Both the position numbers and the translations under genes were made by a program. A model generated the notes under the pieces. It did no database searches. It was not told the DNA's origin and worked only from the letters and a program-made list of their open reading frames with translations. Shown here piece by piece: positions 52,451-64,000 of a DNA stretch of 64,000 nt (within the stretch, counting starts at the first letter, position 1; each line of letters opens with the position of its first letter). Source of the stretch: Balanoglossus misakiensis. Taxonomy: Eukaryota > Animalia > Hemichordata. The stretch lies in the NCBI GenBank assembly GCA_040954595.2, contig CM082578.2:14678998-14742997 (forward strand). Direction: 5' to 3'.

Positions 52451-54124
52451 CAATATCCAATCAAATCACACTGTGCATATTCAGGCGCCCCTATGTTAAA
52501 TGCAAAATTGGCTTATTTTTATGCTGGACTGGAAAGGTGAATGTTGAGTAAGACTCATAGGACTGAAAACAAAAGATGTAAATAATGAATAGACTATGAT
52601 TTAATACTGAATTCAGCAAATGCGTAGCTACTGCTGACTTATGCGACAAAAAGCACAGGTGTAGGATATCATTGTATGATACCATGTTCATTTCTTAATC
52701 ATTTTTCTGAAAATAGAAGTATTAATAAGCTCTTTTTTATTTGTTTTATCCATCCAATATAATGCTCTCTTTGTAAATAACTCTCATGATGATTTGAATA
52801 TTGTTTTGTAAGTTATGGAATCAACTATGTAAGACCAGTATGCATGAATGTATGCAAAATAGCTGTGCATCAACTTTCAGTTGAAACACTGGTTGTTTAG
52901 GTCAATATGCAACAATATGTAAAAGCTCAAAAAACCCGTACAAGGTTTTCTAATAATCATGCTCAGAATTTCAACAAAAAATCTTCCCATTTGTCCCTGT
53001 CTTTTTATTTCATGATGTGATGCATCACAGATACTAGGATGGTTGGGGTTTCCGGGAGAGCAGGTGATTGCTAATTTTAGAGAGTGCCCTCTGTAGTACA
53101 TAGTCATAGCGCATCATCTGTGCTGAAGTATGCAGGACATGAAGCATAGGCATAGTCATGTATTTTGTTAATGATTATAGAGTATGAAAGACAAGTTTAG
53201 GCAACACTGTATTCATGATTGACTGCCAATGGAAACGAGTGTACCAGCATGTCCATGTCATAACTACATAGCCACAAAAACATGCAGTTCTGTTTGAGCA
53301 TCCCATTCATTACACAGAGTCAAGACCATCAAAGAATGAGTTTGATCCCAAAACATTCGATTATATGTATTAAGTCTATGGACATTTAGATACTTTGAAC
53401 TTTTTAAAGAAACTTGAAGAAAACTTTGATGTACATGTAAGCCTCACTTTACACTTGTTGCATAAACTAACTATATACACAGGCAAGCAGATTTTTGTAT
53501 GAAGTTGTAATATATTGAGAACTGTTATAACTCTGTAACATTATGCAGAATTTCTTACATTTTTTTTCTGTTTCATTTCTGTAATTTCATAGGTAATGGT
53601 TTGTACAAGCAGAGAATAGTACTAGTCCTGTCCATACTACTGTCTAAAGTTTGCAGATATTGCCATTTTTCGTATAAAATTTGTGACTACATCACAATTT
53701 TTGAAAGTGTGATCTTTTCTCATTCTTAGCCAGTCGTAGCTTTACTCAGTAAATTATTATTTTCCAAGAATATATAGAATAAATGATCATCATAATACAT
53801 GTGCATGTCTGGTCTTGTCATACTCAATTTTTGAAGAAAAAAATTGTTTTGAAGAAAATCATTCCAAAAAACTGAACTGTAGTATGAGTGTCTATCAAAC
53901 CATAATTAACATACATGGTTGTTACCTTTGGTGTGTTGTACAAACTAATGGATGTAAGTGTACTGATAAAAAAAGCATTTCAGCCATCATTTTTCATATG
54001 AATTGTTAGGTATAGCTATACACATCTACGGTACTTGTATTTCACATTTTATGCCTCTTTTTTCAGTAAGACAAGAGTATGTGTAATGTTTGATTCATGA
54101 AGGGAGATAATTTGCACAAAATGC

Positions 54125-54130
54125 AATAAA
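54125..54130 (+). terminator. Candidate TAF3 polyadenylation signal
   Basis: AATAAA followed by a GT-rich tract near 54190. An opposing minus-strand AATAAA at 54333-54338 could end CTTNBP2. Confidence 0.35.
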
Positions 54131-57076
54131 ATCATGAAATGATCCAGATTTCTGGAAAATTGAACTATGCATTTGTGTCTGTTTTTGAGGTTGTGTGTGT
54201 GGTGTATAATGAAAATGTTTAATACAGAGAAGGGTGAATGTGTCAGTTCTTTTCTAAAAATTCAAATGATTTTAACTTGGCATTTTTTACTCATAATGAA
54301 AATCTGACACCAGACCAAGTAAGTGTAAATACTTTATTTGCAAATCTCTTGGTTGTGCAAGGTAAAAGTCAAAGGACTGGATACCATAAAATAGAATATA
54401 CTTCAAATGATTCAAATCAATGTATTTGATGTACAGAATAATTCAACAAGCTATTATACCATCTAGTCTTTACAAGGTATGGTTGATACTATCACCATGT
54501 GTGTACATGAGTCTGTTCAGATTAATGTATGTTTCTGTGGAATTCATACAGTGATCTGGAGAGAAAGTTTTTCATATTTTGCCTAAATTGACATAGACAC
54601 TGGTAAATTTGTGTTTTCTTGGCATTTTGTAATTCCTGCCTGTCGGCAATGAAACCCATGACAGCTGATGAATCCAAGACACCTGTAGTTGTTATTGTTG
54701 TTAGTGTAAATACTGGCCTTTAATCAACTTTAATTTCTCCTTTCTCTTTTGAAGACTTCTTCATGACGTTGACCATAAAATGTTTAAATCTTGGGGAAAT
54801 GCCAATCACGAAAAGATTGTCATCATAGGAAAATGTTTCTGAGAGACTCTACAAAAAAAATAAGAGGGGAACATGAGTATGAGACCTTTGACAGAAATAA
54901 AAGCTTCTCCCCATGATTCAAAGCAATCCTTGATTTTTTTCAATAATATTTTTTTTTTGATACTGTCAGCATCACCAAGAAATAACTGTTTTGTTTGTTT
55001 TTGTCATTTGTCAGTTTAGGTACATTTGATTAAATATTTATAGTATGTCATGATTTTTAACCTTCGTAGTGCTTGTATGTTTTGAATATGGATGTTACAA
55101 ATCTGTACACATATTCATGTCTGATTGACTTGAAATCTTCATAAATATAACCATCCTCAGTTTAGGAACTAGAAGAGTTATAATACTGAAACTTTTTTTT
55201 TCAGCTGAACAAGACATTATTTCCTTTATTATTTAATCAAGGAAATATCATTACAGCTGCAAAACTTTAAAAGTGTTATTTTTTTATTTAAGGATATACG
55301 TCATATTTTATGGAAATGGTTGACCCAATCATCTGATGTATTCCTACATTTCAGTTACGATGCTTCTAAGTAATACCCTCAATTTTGTTTGTCAAACATC
55401 CCTTACCTGGCAATTAACACATTTTCATGTAGTTAATTACCAAACTCAAACTTTAAATCAGTACCTAAACTGTAACAGCACATCAAACGAAATCAAACCA
55501 TAATTGAAGATATTTTGACTTTGCTGTGACTGTATCAGAGAAGAGTACTCAAACGAAGTACAGTTTTAAGGTCAACTACATTGTAGTTGGTTGCAATCTC
55601 CATTGGTAAGAACAACCTGATTGGCTGTCCACCAGATGGGAGATCAGAGACCCAACAACTCGTCATATACCATCATGTGGAATCTTTACCACATCCAAAC
55701 ATAATCTAGATATCTCTGGTTTTATAGGTACAGTGACTGTAAGTGTAATGGCTGGTGAGCATCAGCCTTACACATTTTTTTCTTCAGATTTGTTTGTTTT
55801 TATCGATGATTTCCAATCTGGCAAGACACTGCAGGTTATGTTAACCATACATCGTTTGCAAAAGTCAACATAAATGAGTGAATGTGTGGATACACTGATT
55901 AGTGTTTTTAGATGCTACAATCCACATTTATTAACTTCAGCAATTTTATCAATGAAATTATCCGATTATGATGATGAACAACTTTTTATGTCAAGAAGGC
56001 ACATAAAAGATTGAACAAGGATATCTGTCATCTTTGCTGAACAAGTTTAAAAATGGTATTGTCAAAACTTCCTTATGTCAGTGTAAGTTGATTTTACCCC
56101 TTGCAATATCAGAATATTATTTTTATTACAACCTAGAAAATCACTACTACAGGCATTTTAAAGAGTTGCTATTTCACACACAACCACTGAATCCTTGTTT
56201 TCCCACACACCATCTAATATCCACTGCAATAATTTAACTAAAATAAAATATTCTTTTAAGTTAAACATTCATTTTATAAGAAAGAATATACACACAGCAC
56301 ACAGTGTTACACACAAAAAGGCACATTTATCTTCAATTATTGTCATTATTTTCTGAAGAATGATGTAATCTCACATAACTATCATTTTACTACTCTAGTG
56401 GTGTGTTTTGATTTGAACTTTGACCTCTACAGCTTTTGATCAGCAGGTTTCAACGTCAGGTAGAAGTTTCTCTTAAAGAACATGTATAGCTGCTGGTGAG
56501 ACTTATACAAGTGTAAATGGTTAAGGGGTAGAGTAGAAGTAATGGCATTTTCTGCTTTTAACCCATATTAACAATATAGGTTTCGGAAGATTTCATGAAA
56601 GAAACGCACAACCTTTGTTTTAAAACAAATGGCAAAATCTATCCAAAGTAACACACAAATATAAATCTAACACATTTTAATTAATCCATAAAATAAAATT
56701 TCAAAACTAAGAAAACTATGGTATTAATCCACCCACTTTCCCAGGGATAGAAACACAGAATTCCATTACTGTGGCCAACATAAGACGAACAGAGCCTATT
56801 GGTCAGTAAAATTGCAAACTGCATAGTGATTGGTTGGTGAATCGCTTGCATAGTTTGAAATCAAAACACACCATGTTTATATTTTTTTCTGACTTTGCAG
56901 TGGTATATAAATTGAGAATTTATTTCCTACTTTGTACATTGTACATAAATCAACAATTAAAGATACACTTACAATTTTTTTTTCTTCTGAAAAAGCAAGT
57001 TTGCATAGGTAAATCATATGGCTAAGTTTTCTTGATTATATTATTGCCGTTTCAAAAATTTGAGTTCCATTTCTTT

Positions 57077-60000
57077 TTACTTGATGTCTCTTTTCCCGAG
57101 CTCTTTCTTAATAACAGATGATGCTTCAACCTTTGATGGTGTCTTGTCATTTTTTCCTGCATCACCTTTTTCTCTGGTGAGAACGTCACAATTCTTTGAA
57201 GAATTGGAAGAACTTTGTTGTGGAGCTGATGCATTTGATTGAGAGTCTATCTTCGACGGTTGTCCAAACAGCTGGTCGTGTAGTCGTATTATCTTATTCA
57301 GTTCAGAGTCTGATTTGCTTGTATGGATGTCTTTCAATGCTTCAATGACTTGTTCTCCCTGGGGCTGCGGGAGATTGCCCATACTTGCTGCTTTGATGTC
57401 ACCATTTGGCCTGGGAAGTGGACAAGATACAAACAAGTTATACCGGTATGTACCGTATCTGTATAAAAGTCCAAGCACATTGTCAATATTAATCAGACTG
57501 AATATTAGACATGATCATAACTTGTATGCATGGATATCTGGGTTGACAAACTTACATGGATGGCTGGTTGAGGGCTTCCAACACTTGTCTAGCAATTTCT
57601 TCAGAAGCTTTCTTGGTACTTTCACTGATGCTGTCAGCTGCAGGTACAAACACCATCAGTGAAATATAAATTATGATATTTTATTGATTGATATGATTTG
57701 ATGAATGTTTTGGGGAATATCAAATGTATTTATCACTCTGTTTTCACATGGATTCTGAGAATATCATGAAGAATGGAAAGTGATGTGTTGTACGTGAAAA
57801 TATGCTGAATAAACAACAACTAATGATGATGCAAGACAAAGTAACCAGAGGAGAGAACAGCCCATGGAATGACTTACTATCATCACTGTCTGATGAAGCA
57901 GGATCTGTGGCAACACTTCCAGCTTTGGAAGATTTCTCTTTCTGTTTCTTCTGTTCTTTGTCTTTGCTTTTCTTCTTACTGGGAGCTGAACCGTGCTTCC
58001 AGCCAAAATTGGATGTCTTCTTTACACTTTTGCTGGATTTTTTGGGAACTGAAAGATGCACTGGCCCAATACTGCCACCACGGAAACTCGACAAATACCT
58101 TTCTGCCTCTAAATGGAGGGGAAAATAGCACATGTATCTTGATAAATAGACAATATGAGGCCTCTGTGTTGTAAGGAACAAATCATAACATATTGGTTAA
58201 ATTTTCAATCACCAAATGAAGTGGTATTAACTGTTTCCATGCAACTGTTTGAGAAATGTAAAAGGACGAAATAAATATGCCACCTGTTTGTGAAAGAGGG
58301 CAGCCAGGAACAACAGCTCTTTGCAGAAGCACAAACAATGCTGTCGTAGCGACCTTATGATGACCTTGCATGACAGATGTACAACCTCGGAGGACAGCAT
58401 CCTCCACACCTGGTGCTATTGCATGATTCCATGAAAGACTTAACCACCTGGGAAAATAGGAAACCAGACTGTAGTTTGTAATTATGTAATAACCACCATG
58501 ACATCACAAAACTTCTGCATCACTCATGAAAAATCAATGATGAAAACAAATTTCATTCACATTTGCATGTAACCAATTTAACACCTGTACAGTATTTAAT
58601 AGACAAAATGACAACCACACTTTCAACGTGATAACTTGAAATAGAATTAAAACTTTGTTATGAATACCTGAGAATGGCTTTGGGTTTGTTGACTTCTATT
58701 GGACAGGCAAAGAAATGCCTCGGTCCGAGGACAAGCTCTGATAATCCCAGCTTAGTCAGACATGCGTTAAGTCTCTCCCACACTCCACAAATCCACTCCA
58801 CAGCTTTACAAAGTGATTCAGAGGCTGGCTGTATGTCTCCTCTGTGTTTGTGGATAAGTCGTCGTCGTAGATGCCTCTGTAGAAGCCCCCTGACTGGTTC
58901 ACTGTCACACTTCAAGTGCACCCATCGGAACTTCTGTTGCACCGCAAGATCTAAACCAGTTGATCTGTTGGATTCACAAGCAATCAGGATTATAAATACA
59001 CTTGCATGATTTCATCAAAGTATTTCAATCACAATCACCAGGCTGTAATTTGAGATAATTTACCCTCAGCAGAAAATCCACTTTTATTGACACAACAAGA
59101 AAGATGAGTTATGACTGCACTGATCCACCTGGATTAATATAAATTTAATGTTTATCTCCAGCTTAATCTCTTTAACTCCATGTCTGCCTCTCGATCACTC
59201 ATGTGGACAACAGATTAGACAGCGCCCTCAAGAGATGAATCCATTCAATCCTCTGTTTGAAAATAACCTCAAAGAACTCTAACATAGCTGTATGTATCAG
59301 AGCCATACTCTTCTGTGTGTGTCTCTCTCTATTACCTTGGTTTGTCCATGGTACCCAAGATATAGCAGTTTTCTTGAAGATAATATTCACCTCCCTGAGA
59401 ATCTTTGCCATCATCAGAGTCATCTGCAGATGAAGACAAAGCTATCATTAAACTTCCAATTTGCCTTAATGGCAAAGGCTGAGATGGGTTTGTTACATTG
59501 TTGCAAAGTATGACCATGTTAGTTACACTGTTTCGAAAAGCCTTTCTGCACATGGAGACATTGTAACACTCTATACAGAAAGAATGATTAGACCATCATG
59601 ACAAGCCCACCAGAACAAAATGACACACACCTAGTTTCACATTAACAGGGTGTTCTGGGCCTCTGTTTTCCAATGCATAAAGCAACTCTCCAAATACATC
59701 CACCAGCGATATGCGACTTAAGTCATCTAGCACCAATATTGGGGTTGTTGTCGTTTTGTCTTTTTTCTCTTCTTTGGTGGACACCAAAAATCCTGTGAAT
59801 ATTGAGGAAACACACGCATGAATTTTGTGTCACAAAGTTCAAAATACAACAAACAGATGCTTGTCTCAAAACCAAGTGATTGGTTTCATTAATCATGTGA
59901 TATTTCCTACCTTTGGAATGAAGCATCTTAAAGAGATCTTTCTTGGTATATTTTGGACTCAAGGTCACATGGGTGACTTCACATTCACCCTCGCTGGGTT

Positions 60001-63000
60001 TTTGTTTGTGCTGCAGAAAACAAAAACAAAAACAAAACAGTGATTTTTGGTGATATTTGGAGCTTTTGGTGAGAAATAGAGCATCACTCTAAAATGATAT
60101 TTTATATGTTGATACCTTGATGCATTCTCCAAGTTTTCTGGCAATGTAAGTTTTGCCTGTACCAGCTGGACCATAGAATACCACACTTTTGTATTGTTCA
60201 ATCTAGAAATACACAGAAAAAGATATGATAAATATGTCTTCTGAGAACATTTAGATATAGGAGAGGAAATATTTTTCAATAACCTTGGTTCTAGTTTCAC
60301 TCATCAAATTGTAAACACTCTAGGTCTCCTTGATATAAGCAACATATAGCACTCACCAGTCTGTAGTAAGTTTGTAATGTTTGAATTGGTATTAGAGATT
60401 CATATGCTAATTTATCCAGACATCCTTCTCTGAGGCCCATCAATTGGATATAGACCCTGTGACGACTACTGAAGAATTCATAAGGATTTTCATCATTGTC
60501 TTCTTCTGGGTACCAAGTAATGGCTCCTGAGAGACAACCAACGATTACAAAATTTATCATTATTTGATCTTAATCATGCACAGCTGGATCAGTTAGTAAA
60601 CTAAACTTCTTCAGTGAATTTTTTGTTCAAAAAGTTGAGCTCGTTCAAATGCAATCTGATTGTTCAAATGGTGTGTCAGCAATATCCATGTCGAATTCAA
60701 ACATTATACAATAAGTAAAATCTGATAGGTTTTAAATCAACAAATTGCCTCCATTGTTAAGATACGTATTCACAAGTATGATGCAACTGTAGAATGCATA
60801 TCAAATCCTTTGATGATATGCTCTTTCTAAATCTATATGAATTTCTTGAAATACGAGAAGTCGTGACCAAACAAAATGTCACATACAATTAATCAACGCA
60901 GCGATAGATGAAATATCCATGCATGCGTGTCAAATACAAATCATGCAAGATCTGACATCATGACCTTTGACCTACCTGACACATAACAGAGAATGCTATC
61001 TCCAGTTAAACCCAGACCTTTTTCAGCAACATTGCTATTTTCATCACTACTGCTGTCTGCATCTGTATCTTCCATCTCCCTGCCGATGGCTCCCAGCTCT
61101 TTTGAATGTGCCATCAATGTGGACGAAATGATTTCATCAAAACCCGGCCAAGTGAGATCTGGTTTGATGACCACTTGACCGATGATGAACTCATCACCTT
61201 CCTTGGTGACCGTTGGTGCTGATGCCCGAGGAGTGGATGGAGATTTGGGTGTCATGTCTCCTTTCATGTCAATCACCACTTTGATTCTCCTGGCACCTAG
61301 AACAAATAGATACAGTCATTTTTCATCAATGAGCTGAAGGAGGTGTCATAGCAAGCTTCATAGCAATTCCAAAACCACACTTTATTATATTTTGATCTAA
61401 GCAATTTGATTTTTTAAAACTGCGTTTCGATCACTTTGCTTTATTAAATTACTTGGTTCTTCTCAACATTCCTAAAAGACACATATTGATCACATTTTCT
61501 CAAAACTGACCCAAGTTGTCCAGGAGTTCTTTGCCTGTTTCTGTAGCAACATCATAGGCTGTGCGTTCTTGTTTGTCTGTCTTCTTAATGTTCAAGTTAC
61601 TTTGGTGACACAGCATTTCAAGACATTCCTGTGTATGGTGAAGTGAAAAATATTTTTTTTTTTATATTTGGCAATAACTTCATGAACCTTTCCTAGAGTT
61701 TCAACTCATTAATCAAAGTTGATGACCAACATTATTGTCTTTAACTTAAGTTATTTTTTTTAAATGTCTCATATACATTAGTTCTGACAAAACATTAAAC
61801 ATTGCTGCAAAAACATTTACAGAGTATATTATCAGATGCTGCCATACTTTAAATCCCTTGGAAGCTGCAAAGTGGGCCACTGTCCATCCATCTTTGTCAG
61901 CTGCATTGAGTAGGTCAGATGACACAAGCGACTCTTTTGATTGGTCATCTTGTGACTCTAATGACTCTTCTGATTCGCTGAGGATCTTGTCCAAGTCTGG
62001 AGACAATTTGTCCACCATGTCACTGATTTCAGGCTGTTTTTTCTCTTTGTAGTGAGTCTTTGGTTTATGATTGAGTAAAATGCTCAGACAGTGGACATGT
62101 CCAGCTTGCACTGCACTGTGTAATGGTGTCCAGCCATCCTGTGTTGGAAGTGGAAAATAAATATCAACATTTTGTAGCAGCCATCTATTGTTGCTAATAT
62201 ACATAAAGGAGTATACTTTGTTTTCTATGGTAAAGTTGGACCTCTATTGAGGGAACAGGGGGTGAAAGGACTATAATTTTCCAGACTAACCTTTGTAGTG
62301 GCAGTTCTTGAGGCCCCATAATCAATCAGGTACTTGGCACATTTACTGTGTCCATTGAAAACTGCCCAGTGTAGAGGTTGCCAACCTGATTTGTCTCCTT
62401 TGGTAGCATCAGCACCATATTCTAGTAAACACTTGACACAACTGGTGAGAAATTGATGGAATGAAGTGAGACACAGACAAGATTTATATGCATGTTGTAA
62501 CAGAAATAAACTTACTGTACAGTGAACCGTTCTTTCAGAATTTTATTGGCAATTACACAGAGACAAGTTGGTGATGTTTTTGCTAATTTTTTTCTAGATG
62601 AAACAGACAGTGGCTATGTCTCATATACTTGAGAAAAGTTGCAGTTCTTTCATGCCTTTGTAGCCTAGCCTATTCAACAATATATAACTCAAAGGTCTAC
62701 AGCTTACCCATGATGCCCTTCACCTGCTGCAGCATGTAATGGGGTAAAGTTTCCCTGTCTCGTAGCATTAGCATCAGCTTTCTGTTTTAGCAACACTTCC
62801 ACACAATCTGCAAGAAACAGAATTATCACTTCCAATATCAGTTCTCATGCATGAATTAACTATTCTACAATTTCCAACATTTGCCATGCATAATGAATTA
62901 TTAATTCTGACTGTTACCTTGGTAACCACTTTCTGCAGCAGCATGAAGGGGAGTGATTCCATCACTGATGCTGACATTTGGATCTTGATGTTCCTCTGTC

Positions 63001-63163
63001 AGAAGTCGTTTCAAGACATCAACATTCCCGCTGGCAGCTGCGGCGTACACAGGCGGCATGGGTCCGTTTCCATCTTTGGACTTTGCGTCCTGTGAGGTTC
63101 CTATAATTAACAAGAGTTCTCTGGTTTGGTGGATTGAGGAGCGGACCACTGGTGGACTGGAGG
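57077..63163 (-). CDS. CTTNBP2: Cortactin-binding protein 2, long form (ankyrin repeats plus McrB/NAV-like AAA+ domain); 5' part lies outside the window
   Basis: Ankyrin repeats (TPLHAAAESGY, DGWTPLHSAVQAGH, DKDGWTVAHFAASKGF), GLTGDSI, LAYESLIPIQTLQTYYRLIEQY, FYGPAGTGKT, FRWVHLKCDSEPVRGLLQRHLRRR, LGPRHFFACP, WNHAIAPGVEDAV, LLQRAVVPGCPL. Confidence 0.9.
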
Positions 63164-63173
63164 CTGTCGTTTT

Positions 63174-63231
63174 GGGTCATGGGGCAAGGTCATTTGGGGT
63201 CATGGGGCAAGGTCATTTAGGGGTGGGGCAA
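63174..63231. repeat. 23-bp tandem repeat (about 2.5 copies) next to a CTTNBP2 acceptor
   Basis: GGGTCATGGGGCAAGGTCATTT at 63174 and 63197, plus a partial third copy. Confidence 0.8.
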
Positions 63232-64000
63232 GAGACATATGGATGGGTGATAGATGAAGAAGTCAGATTTAAACTAGAGTAAAAATTCATTGTAAAAAAC
63301 TATAAAAATTAAACAAATAAAAATTCTGGAAAAGATATGAATGAATGAATGAATGAATATCAGCTACATCAGGTACAATAAATTATCTATAAATGCACAG
63401 GAAAATAAGGTGGGTAACTTTTTTTTACCCTAATCTGTTCACAAAATGTTCCATTCCCCCATGCATCAGAGTGTCTTTACTCTAGTTACCATGGTAAACT
63501 ATCCACCATGAATAAAAATGTTTGTTCGAACAGACTGAGGAAATTATACTTTTGTCAGTCTGACGTACCAGATCACATTAGAATGAGACTGTGAAAAGCT
63601 TAAATTGATTTGTGAGGTAGATACACAGCAGATGATGAGTAGCTCAGCATGGAAGACAAAAGGACACAAAATGATGGAAGGCAGCCAACATGACATGCAA
63701 ATGTACACACAGATGACGGTAACTCACGGTGATGCCATCTGCTTTGTTAGAACTCCATGCGTGTTTCTATAAATGCACATGCTGGTACCATGAGTGATGT
63801 ATTGCGTACGTGAGCACGGGTGGACCTCCTGGAGGCCAAAGCTGATATCTGTTAGATGGATGTGAATGAGTTACGGCTATAAGGCTGCATTCAGTTGACC
63901 TGGGATTTTGCATGTCGACGCTCAGACTTTCAAAACCGCAGTGACGTGTAGGAAATTCATAATGTGCCCTCAATGTTGTCGACATTCATAGACTGACGAA

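Noticed and set aside
1-64000. CRISPR arrays, prokaryotic defence operons, tRNA/rRNA/snoRNA genes
   Set aside because: Intron-rich eukaryotic DNA with no repeat-spacer array or recognisable RNA gene by eye. The McrB-like and UvrD-like domains belong to spliced animal genes. An Infernal/Rfam scan would be needed to exclude small RNAs.

Overview
Gene-dense, AT-rich eukaryotic (animal) genomic window with short spliceosomal introns. Gene content and compactness suggest a non-vertebrate deuterostome such as a hemichordate or echinoderm (inference only). Manual exon joining gives 11 protein-coding genes: TMEM115(-), GTF3C1(+), RPAP3(-), FBH1(-), SSUH2(+), a class A GPCR(-), a PRA1-family gene(-), UBA3(+), TSR2(-), TAF3(+) and the 3' part of CTTNBP2(-). 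Four pairs are divergent, three with start codons under 400 bp apart. I found no RNA genes, CRISPR arrays or autonomous mobile elements, and no evidence for a wholly new multi-gene system. Best leads: (1) a CTTNBP2 whose McrB/NAV-type AAA+ domain keeps an intact Walker A but has altered catalytic motifs; (2) a U12-type intron in UBA3; (3) a TTAA-flanked Kolobok-like MITE in a GTF3C1 intron; (4) a doubled CaaX tail and a GC-AG intron in SSUH2; (5) a single-TPR-domain RPAP3; (6) internal duplications in FBH1 and TAF3; (7) ancient linkage including the UBA3/PRA1 head-to-head pair. Comparisons with human or bacterial proteins are from memory, not from searches.
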